Of a stretch of DNA of 64,000 nt, positions 47,114 through 55,240 are shown one piece after another. Position numbers and translations under genes: made by a program. The stretch spans positions 24,941-88,940 of the forward strand of contig CAZSDP010000003.1 of assembly GCA_964605665.1 (NCBI GenBank), in the 5' to 3' direction. This DNA comes from an uncultured Planctomycetia bacterium (GTDB taxonomy: Bacteria > Planctomycetota > UBA8108 > UBA1146). The notes below the pieces were generated by a model. It saw nothing but the letters and a program-made list of their open reading frames with translations. It was not told where the DNA came from and searched no databases. Every line of letters starts with the position of its first letter. The stretch's first letter is position 1.

Positions 47114-48461
47114 CGTTATCCTCACGGGTATGGGACCCATCTTCTAGATTCACCTGGTAGTCGAATTTGAAGACCGTCTCCTCGATCGGGCGGAAGTTCA
47201 ATCCGAAGGTCCAACGCTGAGTCCTCTCCGAGCCGAGTTCGACATGATCGAAGCGAACCGCCGCGGTGAACGTCGATTCATCGGAGAGGAGAGAGGGAGC
47301 GGCCTTGAGGAAAGACTCCGGCATGAAGTGGTACTGGGTCTCAGCGACGAAACCCCAAAGATCATCGGGAACCCCACTGTCGCGGGCGACAGAGTCTCGC
47401 TCGATATCGGCCCGTGCAACTTCACCCCCGAAGCCCCATCCGGCGAGAGATGAGGTGAGAGCGCCCCCCTCGATCTTCCAATCGAAGGCGGAGACGAACA
47501 GGTCTCGGTCTCCTTCGGAGTCGTAGGCGCCATGGAATCCTGAAACACCCAAGTCCACCCCGAGAATCGGTGAGTATCCGACACGCCCGGTCCCAGAAAT
47601 GCCCTTGCTCCCATCCGACTTCAGAGAGGGTCGTCCACCGCGAAGCCCACTCGAAGTATTGAAGTTCGAACTGAATCCGGTCGGAGAAGTCGAGTCAGGC
47701 TCCAAGCCTTCGAAACCATTCACCGCGTAAAACTGATAGTCGAGGACCCCGGACTCACTCGTTTCATACGATCCCAACACACCGACTCCAGCGTCGGTCA
47801 ACGTGGTCGGGATCACGCTACGCGTCACCAACGGTCGATCGGTGAAGTCATTGAGGGGAGAGTCGTGGTAGAGATTGAAGCGACCGAGTGGAACGAGGAT
47901 CGCCCCTGCTCGGAAGGTGAACTCTTCCCCAACGCGCCAATCGAGTGCGGCGAATTCGACCTTGGTCGATCCATCCCCAGCGGGAGCATCACTCCCCCCA
48001 TCTTCGAACTCGATCTCCGCGGCGAAGTGAAAACGCTCGCCGAACTTCGCATCGATCAACGGCACGAAGCGGTGCTGACGAAAGGTGGGACTCGAACCGT
48101 GTTCATCTCGATACTCCAAATCGAGGTAGCCACCGATGGTGGCGGAGACCCCGCCTCGGGAAAATGTGAGGAGTGCGGCGGGGCTCTCATCTCGCGCTGA
48201 ACTCATCGCAACTCGACCCTCCGGAGCGACGCTCGGGTCGGTTTCAAGTTGCTCGATCCGTTCCTCGGCAGCGAGAAGTCGAGACCTCAAATCGGCGAGT
48301 TCGTCGGCGACCTGGTCGCGATTGTCTTCCTTCGAGCTCTCTTGCTCGGCACTGGGGGTGGAAGGTGCTCGCTCCGCGGGAGGATCAGCGAAAAGTGATC
48401 CGCCACCGACCACCAAGGCGATTGTGATCACCAGATTAAGCAGACTGAAAGAGGGCTTCAT
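47079..48461 (-). CDS. Outer-membrane beta-barrel porin (phosphate-selective porin O/P-like) with an N-terminal coiled coil
   Basis: Signal peptide MKPSFSLLNLVITIALVVGGGSLFA. Alternating amphipathic beta-strand pattern. The C-terminal residue is Phe (VATYF), as is typical of OMPs. Confidence 0.6.
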   Translation of the reverse strand: MKPSFSLLNLVITIALVVGGGSLFADPPAERAPSTPSAEQESSKEDNRDQVADELADLRSRLLAAEERIEQLETDPSVAPEGRVAMSSARDESPAALLTFSRGGVSATIGGYLDLEYRDEHGSSPTFRQHRFVPLIDAKFGERFHFAAEIEFEDGGSDAPAGDGSTKVEFAALDWRVGEEFTFRAGAILVPLGRFNLYHDSPLNDFTDRPLVTRSVIPTTLTDAGVGVLGSYETSESGVLDYQFYAVNGFEGLEPDSTSPTGFSSNFNTSSGLRGGRPSLKSDGSKGISGTGRVGYSPILGVDLGVSGFHGAYDSEGDRDLFVSAFDWKIEGGALTSSLAGWGFGGEVARADIERDSVARDSGVPDDLWGFVAETQYHFMPESFLKAAPSLLSDESTFTAAVRFDHVELGSERTQRWTFGLNFRPIEETVFKFDYQVNLEDGSHTREDNDAILFSVATYF

Positions 48462-48513
48462 GCGTGACTCCTAGTTGAGGGGTGACCAGACGGCCGATAT
48501 GCCTCCCGATCGG

Positions 48514-48533
48514 TTGTTTGGTATGCCAAACAA
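48514..48533. promoter_or_regulatory. 20-bp palindrome TTGTTTG-GTATGC-CAAACAA (candidate operator), 53 bp upstream of the porin start codon
   Basis: Perfect 7-bp inverted arms. This is a second copy of the motif seen at 40170-40189. Confidence 0.5.
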
Positions 48534-48769
48534 TCAGGGGCGGAGTCAAGCACTCTTCCAGGAAATCAAGTAAAAAGGTGGCTAAAGTGACAACAGCGGC
48601 GAAAGAAGAGTGATAGTCCCCCTTGACCTTTCCTCCTCCTGATTTCTCAGAACCCTCTCCGTGGGCGTGGGCCCGCACGTCGGAAGGGAGCGCTCTGGTC
48701 GATTCTTGCGCAAAAATCCCCGAGTTCACCGCCTCGGCGATCCTCCGGTTGCGGAAACACTCCGATTGA

Positions 48770-49792
48770 GAAACGGTCGAGAAGGCGATCGCGCTGGTAG
48801 AAGCGAGACGGCGTGCGGCGGGAAGAATCGACGGCGCAGAGACTCTTCTCGCCGACCGAACCGCAGTGGAATAGGCCACCTCCACCGACGTCGCTCGAGA
48901 CAAGGCGAGGCGATTCGCTGCTACCGTCTTCGAACAGGTCCTCGACCTTTGCTGTGGCATCGGAGGGGATGCGATCGCATTTGCCCTCGAGGGAATCGAA
49001 CCGATCCTCGTCGACCTCGAGCCGCGCCGATTGGAAGCAGCGTGCGCCCATGTCTGCTCCATCTTGGGAACCACCCCCCCCGCGCTAATCGCGGACGTCT
49101 CCACTCTATCGATCCCCGACTGCCCCTTTCACCTCGGTCCCGATCGACGTCCAGCTGGGCGGCGGACGGCACAATGGGACGAAATGAAACCGGGACTCGC
49201 GGCCGTCGAGGATTGGATCGAGCGAAACCGTGATGGTGCGATCAAGTTGTCGCCCACCGCGGACTTGGAAGTACTCCCGCGGGGAGAAGTGGAGATCATC
49301 CAAAGAGGTCGCGGACTGGTCCAAGCGATCTTATCGGTCGGTACTCTCGCTTCTACAGATCGAGAGTTGGGCAACCGCGACCCAGCAACCAGTCGACGAG
49401 CCACCCGGATCGATGACGGGGCATCGTTTGTCGTGGATGCCGATCGCCGTCTTCCAGAACTTCCCGAGATCGCACCGGAGCAGGAATGGCTCCACGTCGT
49501 CGAACCTGCCATCGAACGAGCGGGGTTGTTGGGAACTCTCGCTCGGAGTCTCGATTTGACGACTCCCCACGAACACGCGGGTTTCCTCAGCGGCGCTGAA
49601 GCGGCGCTTTCACCGTGGCTTCGTCCGGCACGACTCCACGTCAAACTCCCTGGGAGAATCGAGACCGTTGCCCGCTGGTTCGGCAAACGGCCGGTGGGAC
49701 ATGTAACGATTCGGGTGCGGGGGGGGAGGATCCGCGACCATGGGAGAGAGCGCTGCGGGGGAAGGGAACAGAACGCTATACGGTCCACCTGA
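48770..49792 (+). pseudogene. SAM-dependent methyltransferase-like gene (Tgs1/Methyltransf_15-like motif I) interrupted by an in-frame TAG and lacking a start codon
   Basis: A single frame encodes ...KAIALVEARRRAAGRIDGAETLLADRTAVE-[TAG at 48872]-ATSTDVARDKARRFAATVFEQVLDLCCGIGGDAIAFALEGIEPILVDLEPRRLEAACAHV.... The DLCCGIGGDAIAFA stretch is a SAM-binding motif I. The first in-frame ATG (49031) lies after the motif, and there is an upstream TGA at 48767. Confidence 0.35.
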
Positions 49793-49947
49793 CCCGCGAG
49801 GGGAAACAACGGTTCGCGTGGGTCACCGACGAAGTTCCAGACCCAGCCGCAGAGAGAGATCGTTGATCGGGGAGGCCCGCCGAGGTGGCGCGACTCACCG
49901 CAGGATGATCGCTCAACTGACCACGCGACGATCGCTCTCGACTCACC

Positions 49948-50433
49948 TCACCGGCGGCGGGTGTACTCGTAGCGGAGAATCTGTGTTTCGAGGCCGGGGC
50001 TCGCCTCCACGAGTAACTCGAAGATGCGGTCATCCGGTCCACCGAAGAGTTCCTTACTTCGATAGGGAACGAGCTCTCCAGTCTGCGGGTCGATGTTCTC
50101 TCCGCTCAACTCCAAGAGGCGACTCTCTTCGTCGTAGAGACCTTCGAAGAGGTAGAGGAACGGGGTGGCTGTATCGATCCAGGTACTGCGAAACATCTTG
50201 ATCACGGGGTCAAATCCCGTGGAGCACTGCCCGCGAAGCGTGATCCCTCCCGGCAGCTCGAAGGTCGAGTTCGCGATACTCCAGAACGGTCCCAAGCTCT
50301 CGATCGTTTCCACTCCGGTGGCGCGCATCGGGTCCGCCGTCGGATCGAAAAAGTATTCACATTGAATGTCCCAGACCCCGACCTTTTCGACGAGAAACGC
50401 GTGCTCCGGTCCTTCGGAAAAGCTGTGGGACAT
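49948..50433 (-). CDS. DUF1579-like hypothetical protein
   Basis: Start at MSHSFSEGPEHAFLVEKVGVWD. About 160 aa. There are no catalytic motifs; the family assignment is from memory only. Confidence 0.4.
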   Translation of the reverse strand: MSHSFSEGPEHAFLVEKVGVWDIQCEYFFDPTADPMRATGVETIESLGPFWSIANSTFELPGGITLRGQCSTGFDPVIKMFRSTWIDTATPFLYLFEGLYDEESRLLELSGENIDPQTGELVPYRSKELFGGPDDRIFELLVEASPGLETQILRYEYTRRR

Positions 50434-50579
50434 GTGGTGATCCAATCTATATCGGGACAAAATGCGTGACCGCTGCCCGCTGGCTGCACCTCCCCAGTTG
50501 GGGCCAACTGGCAGCAGGCTAGCCTTCCCGAAAGTTGGCAGCAAGAGAGAACAGCCGCCTCTTCCCCTCGAACCAAATC

Positions 50580-51746
50580 TCAGTCGGTGGGAATCGCCAG
50601 TCCCCTGGCGACCGAAAAGGTGCCGGGGAGTAGATTCTGCTCCTCAGAGTGCTGCCGCCCCTCCACTGTGCCCCCCCAAGCCTCCACCAACAGCTCCGCG
50701 GTTGCGGCGGCGGTGGCCAATCCGATGCGGTAATGGCCGGTCGCCACCCAAAGTCGCCGTCGTCCCGGATATTGCCCGAGAAATGGCCCCCCAAATCGGA
50801 GCGCTTTCGGACGAAGACCATCTCTGACCGACAGCACCGCCTGAGCGTCGAGGGTCGGCCAGTGCTCGCGAGCTGCCGTGAGGAGGGTCTCCACTTCCGA
50901 CGAAGAGTACCCGGCAGTCGCGCCCTCCCCTCGCACCGTACTTCCCAGATAGACCCGCCCCGGTCCACGGGGAACCCAGTGCATCTCCGATTCAGCACCG
51001 AAGTGAATTGTCGCGGGAGGTGGTTCGAACCGAAGATCGAGACCGATGCCCCCCACCGGAGTGAGGGCGAGGGGCGCCTCGGGAAACTTGTCGAGGCTCT
51101 TCGCGCTCTCCCACCCCGCGGCGAGCAGCACGAAATCAGCGTCGGAGGAGATGGGACTTCCCTCCGCAGTACAGAGCTCGATCTCAGACTCCCCGACCGG
51201 CCGCACTTCGATCTTCCCGCGCCGCTCCTGTAATTCTCCCCCCGCGGCGATGAAGTCCTCTCGAAGAGCGGTGAGCAACTCCACCGGATCGATGACGATT
51301 TCTTGATCGAGGGTGAGCGCTTCCTGAAAGGAGTCCCCATCGAGACCGGGGGTCAAACTCGCCACCTCACCAGGGGAACTCCACTGTGGCTGGTGCCCGG
51401 CCTCGCGCCACTCTTGCAGCAGTGACTTTTTCCCGGATGGGTCTTGAGGATCCAAAATCATGGCGCCAAATCGGCGGCAGGAGGATTGGGGAAGGATGGG
51501 AAGGGTCTCCAGCCAACGCTCTGCGGCCCAGTAGCCAGCGCGCTTGAAACGTCGAAATGGCGACTTTCCCGGCAGAGTCAGGGTGATCAGCCCGCTCGCG
51601 GCTGCGCTGGCACTCGAGCGCCCGATCTCTCCCGCTTCGTAGAGAACCACCGCTGCTCCCGCGCGAGCAGCCAAGCGGGCAGAGGCCAATCCGACCACTC
51701 CCCCGCCGACCACCAACAATCTACGACCGTCGAGCCCCGTTGGCAT
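50580..51746 (-). CDS. FAD-dependent oxidoreductase (DAO family; glycine/D-amino-acid oxidase-like)
   Basis: N-terminal Rossmann motif LLVVGGGVVGLASA...VVLYEAG. About 388 aa, which is typical of the DAO family. Confidence 0.65.
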   Translation of the reverse strand: MPTGLDGRRLLVVGGGVVGLASARLAARAGAAVVLYEAGEIGRSSASAAASGLITLTLPGKSPFRRFKRAGYWAAERWLETLPILPQSSCRRFGAMILDPQDPSGKKSLLQEWREAGHQPQWSSPGEVASLTPGLDGDSFQEALTLDQEIVIDPVELLTALREDFIAAGGELQERRGKIEVRPVGESEIELCTAEGSPISSDADFVLLAAGWESAKSLDKFPEAPLALTPVGGIGLDLRFEPPPATIHFGAESEMHWVPRGPGRVYLGSTVRGEGATAGYSSSEVETLLTAAREHWPTLDAQAVLSVRDGLRPKALRFGGPFLGQYPGRRRLWVATGHYRIGLATAAATAELLVEAWGGTVEGRQHSEEQNLLPGTFSVARGLAIPTD

Positions 51747-52038
51747 CGTTCGAACTCCTGCGCAGGGAGGGGAAAATCGGATCTCTTCGAGCGAAACACG
51801 CCCGAGGGAAGCCCTACTCTAACTGAAGTGGTCGTTCTCCTGCTGCATCCCGACCGATTCCCTTGCGCCGGTTCACCCCATTTGCTCGCATGGCGCGCTC
51901 GAATTGCCACTCCCCTCGATGGGTGGGGGGCATCCCCGTGCGGACTATTCGAAGTCCGTCAGTCGTTGCTCACCGGCCGAAGATCGCCGGTGAGGTCTCT
52001 GGGGCTCGCGAGAGATCGCCACCGGGAGGAAACTCGAC

Positions 52039-53208
52039 ATGAAAATCGGTGTACCCAAAGAGGTCTTCCCGGATGAGCGACGCGTTGCGCTCATCCCGTC
52101 ACTGATCCCCCCTCTGACGAAGGCGGGGCATGAAGTTCAGATCGAAGCTGGAGCGGGATTCGCTGCCGGCTTTCCCGACGATGGTTACCGAGCTAAAGGT
52201 GCCACCGTCATCGACTCGAGGGACGAGCTCTTCGCGAAAAGCGAGTTGATCCTGCAAGTGCGATCAGGGGGCGCGGCGGGTTCGGAAGGAGCTGCCGATC
52301 TCGAGAGACTCCGAGCAGACCAGATCGTCATCGCCGCCACCGACCCGTTAGGGCAAGCGGAAGCTGCCAAAGGATTCGCGGAGAAGGGGGTGACCCTGTT
52401 CGGCATGGAGTTGGTCCCTCGGATCACTCGCGCACAGAGCATGGACATCCTCAGCTCGCAAGCGATGGTCGCCGGTTACAAGGCGGTCCTTCTCGCAGCC
52501 GCTGAAGTTCCCCGTCTCTTCTCGATGGAGATGACTGCCGCCGGGACTTTGAGTCCCGCCAAGGTGTTCGTGATCGGGGCTGGAGTCGCCGGCCTCAAGG
52601 CGATCGCCACCGCGAAACGACTCGGCGCCGTGGTGTACGCCTACGATGTTCGCACCGCGGTGAAGGAACAGATCGAGAGTCTCGGTGGAAAGTTTGTCGA
52701 GATCGATGCCGATAGCGGCAGCGCCGAAGACAAAGGTGGCTACGCCAAGGAGATGACTGAAGAATTCTATCAGCGACAACGCGCCAAGATGGCGGAGGTC
52801 GCCGGAGAGTGCTCAGCCGTCATCACCACCGCCGCAATTCCAGGTCGCCAGAGCCCACTCTTGCTGACCGCTGATGGTGTGCGTGGCATGCAACCGGGGA
52901 GTTGCATCGTCGACTTGGCAGCGGAACGAGGCGGCAATTGCGAGCTCGCAAAGCCGGACGAAAGAGTCGAAGAAAACGGCGTCGTCATCCTCGGCCCCAC
53001 CAATCTCCCTTCGACGATGGCGAATCACGCCAGCCAAATGTACGGAAAGAATCTGATCACCTTCCTCGGACTCCTCTTCGACAAAGAGGGGAACCTCCAA
53101 CTCGATGTGGACGACGAGATCGTCCACGAGACGATGGTCACCCGCGGGGGAGAGATCGTGAATGAGCGAGTTCGCTCGATTCTCGGTCTTGCTCCGACCG
53201 CCTCCTGA
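52039..53208 (+). CDS. pntAA: NAD(P) transhydrogenase subunit alpha part 1 (PntAA)
   Basis: MKIGVPKEVFPDERRVALIP...VFVIGAGVAGLKAIATAKRLGAVVYAYD has an alanine-dehydrogenase-like dI domain. GGGAGGA SD upstream. Confidence 0.85.
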   Translation: MKIGVPKEVFPDERRVALIPSLIPPLTKAGHEVQIEAGAGFAAGFPDDGYRAKGATVIDSRDELFAKSELILQVRSGGAAGSEGAADLERLRADQIVIAATDPLGQAEAAKGFAEKGVTLFGMELVPRITRAQSMDILSSQAMVAGYKAVLLAAAEVPRLFSMEMTAAGTLSPAKVFVIGAGVAGLKAIATAKRLGAVVYAYDVRTAVKEQIESLGGKFVEIDADSGSAEDKGGYAKEMTEEFYQRQRAKMAEVAGECSAVITTAAIPGRQSPLLLTADGVRGMQPGSCIVDLAAERGGNCELAKPDERVEENGVVILGPTNLPSTMANHASQMYGKNLITFLGLLFDKEGNLQLDVDDEIVHETMVTRGGEIVNERVRSILGLAPTAS

Positions 53209-53222
53209 GAGAGGAGCTGCGT

Positions 53223-53576
53223 GTGGATTTCGCCCCCCTCCTAGTCGAGAGCTCGAGCGTCATCGCTCAGAGTGAAGGCGGGACATCCCTGATCGCTTTG
53301 TTGACGATTTTCATGCTCGCGGTTTTCGTGGGCTTCGAGGTCATCACCAAGGTTCCCCCCACCTTGCACACTCCGCTGATGTCGGGCTCGAATGCGATTT
53401 CGGGCATCGCCATCGTCGGCGCACTCCTCTCGGTCGTCACTCTTGGCGACAGTGGTGAGCACGCAAGTCTTGCCAGGTGGCTCGGTTTCTTTGCGTTGGT
53501 ATTCGCGACGATCAACGTGGTCGGCGGATTCCTCGTCACTCACCGAATGCTCTCGATGTTCCGGAGGAAGAAATGA
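53223..53576 (+). CDS. pntAB: NAD(P) transhydrogenase subunit alpha part 2 (PntAB, membrane)
   Basis: About 100 aa with three or four TM helices (LIALLTIFMLAVFVGFEVITKVPPTLHTPLMSGSNAISGIAIVGALL). It lies between pntAA and pntB. GTG start. Confidence 0.8.
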   Translation: MDFAPLLVESSSVIAQSEGGTSLIALLTIFMLAVFVGFEVITKVPPTLHTPLMSGSNAISGIAIVGALLSVVTLGDSGEHASLARWLGFFALVFATINVVGGFLVTHRMLSMFRRKK

Positions 53577-55030
53577 TGGGGTTGATCGATTCCACCTTTT
53601 TGCCACTGGGAGCTGAGGCATCGATTCTCTCCTCCCAAGGCTCAGATCTGCTCTATCTGATCGCGTCGGTCTTCTTCATTCTCGGAATCAAAGGCCTGAC
53701 CCATCCCCGCACCGCAGTGCGCGGAAACCTCTTCGGTGCCTTGGGGATGCTGATTGCAGTCCTTGCGACGGTGATGGGACCCGCTCTCTCTGGTCACACC
53801 TTTGACATGCAGATGATCGCCATCGGTATCGCAGTCGGAGGTGTGCTCGGTGCTACTGCAGCGCTTCGGGTGCAGATGACGGGAATGCCTCAACTCGTCG
53901 CCGTCTTCAACGGCTTCGGAGGGATCGCTTCAGCATGTGTGGCGGGGGGAGCGTTCCTTCTCGCCATCGGAACCGAGACTTCCCTGCAAGGAAACATCGC
54001 CACCGGGGCCTCCGGTTTGATCGGCGCGTTGACCTTCACGGGCAGCATCGTGGCATTCTTCAAGCTGCTCGACCTGCGTTCGCTACGAAAGTTTCCCAAT
54101 GCGATCCCGGGGCAGAAGATCCTCAATGCGCTTCTCTTCATCGGGGCGATTGCCGCTTGTGTTTGGATCGTGCGAGATCCGGCGAATCCAAACGCATATT
54201 GGGCGGTCTGCGCCGTCGCTGCCCTGTTGGGAATCACCTTGACCACCCCGATCGGTGGGGCAGACATGCCGGTGGTCATCGCCCTCCTGAACAGCTACTC
54301 GGGACTCGCTGCTGCCGCAACCGGATTCGTCATCGACAACAACGTGCTGATCGTGTCCGGTTCTTTGGTCGGTGCTTCCGGTGTCATTTTGACGGCGATC
54401 ATGTGCAAGGCGATGAACCGTTCGTTGACCAACGTGATCTTCGGCACCCTCGGACCCTCTGCAGATGGGCCGAGCGCCGACGACGTCTATGGCGGAAAGG
54501 TCAAAAGCGCCTCGCCAGACGAAGTCTCGATGCTCTTCGACGGAGCACAACGTGTCGTCATCGTGCCGGGTTACGGCATGGCGGTGGCTCAGGCGCAACA
54601 CACCGTCCGTGACCTCGCGAACATCTTGGAGAGTCGAGATGTAGAGGTCGAATTCGCCATTCACCCGGTGGCAGGACGGATGCCCGGGCACATGAACGTC
54701 TTGCTCGCCGAAGCTGACATCGAATACGACAAGCTCAAGGAGATGGATGAAATCAATCCGACCTTCGAGCAGGTCGACGTGGCTCTAGTCATCGGCGCGA
54801 ACGACGTTGTCAATCCGGTGGCGAGAACCGATCCTGAAAGTCCGATCGCGGGTATGCCAGTCCTCGACGTCGACAAGGCTCGCACCGTGGTTGTGGTCAA
54901 GCGATCACTGAGTCCCGGATTCGCGGGAATTCCCAATCCGCTCTTCGCGCTCGATAACACCTATATGATGTTCGGCGACGGCAAAAAGGCGATCATCGAG
55001 TTGGTCGGAGTCCTCAAAGAAAACGCCTAA
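53573..55030 (+). CDS. pntB: NAD(P) transhydrogenase subunit beta (PntB)
   Basis: Start at MMGLIDS with a GGAGGAAG SD, overlapping the pntAB stop. Multi-TM N-terminus followed by the dIII NADP(H)-binding domain (VVIVPGYGMAVAQAQH...HPVAGRMPGHMNVLLAEA...VALVIGANDVVNP). Confidence 0.85.
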   Translation: MMGLIDSTFLPLGAEASILSSQGSDLLYLIASVFFILGIKGLTHPRTAVRGNLFGALGMLIAVLATVMGPALSGHTFDMQMIAIGIAVGGVLGATAALRVQMTGMPQLVAVFNGFGGIASACVAGGAFLLAIGTETSLQGNIATGASGLIGALTFTGSIVAFFKLLDLRSLRKFPNAIPGQKILNALLFIGAIAACVWIVRDPANPNAYWAVCAVAALLGITLTTPIGGADMPVVIALLNSYSGLAAAATGFVIDNNVLIVSGSLVGASGVILTAIMCKAMNRSLTNVIFGTLGPSADGPSADDVYGGKVKSASPDEVSMLFDGAQRVVIVPGYGMAVAQAQHTVRDLANILESRDVEVEFAIHPVAGRMPGHMNVLLAEADIEYDKLKEMDEINPTFEQVDVALVIGANDVVNPVARTDPESPIAGMPVLDVDKARTVVVVKRSLSPGFAGIPNPLFALDNTYMMFGDGKKAIIELVGVLKENA

Positions 55031-55048
55031 GTCCGCTTTCCGAGATAA

Positions 55049-55092
55049 ATTGAGGGGTCGTGAGGGGCGTTCACCCCTCACGACCCCTCAAT
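55049..55092 (+). terminator. Perfect 19-bp-stem hairpin immediately after pntB (terminator-like)
   Basis: ATTGAGGGGTCGTGAGGGG-cgttca-CCCCTCACGACCCCTCAAT lies 19 nt after the pntB stop. There is no U-tract. Confidence 0.5.
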
Positions 55093-55240
55093 CAGTCCCA
55101 CAAGTGAGTGCCCGGTGGCTGAAAGGGGTCAAATCCTCTGCTATCATCGCCATCGGTATTGCGTCGGCTCCAATGATCGATTGAAAGTACTGTTGCCTGC
55201 TGCTGAAGAGGGCCCTACTGCTGAAGAGGTCAATGTGACG

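Noticed and set aside
49031-49792. Stand-alone 253-aa ORF starting at MEAACAHV
   Set aside because: The reading frame continues upstream through protein-like sequence that includes the SAM-binding motif. This ORF is most likely the 3' part of a disrupted methyltransferase-like gene, not an independent gene.
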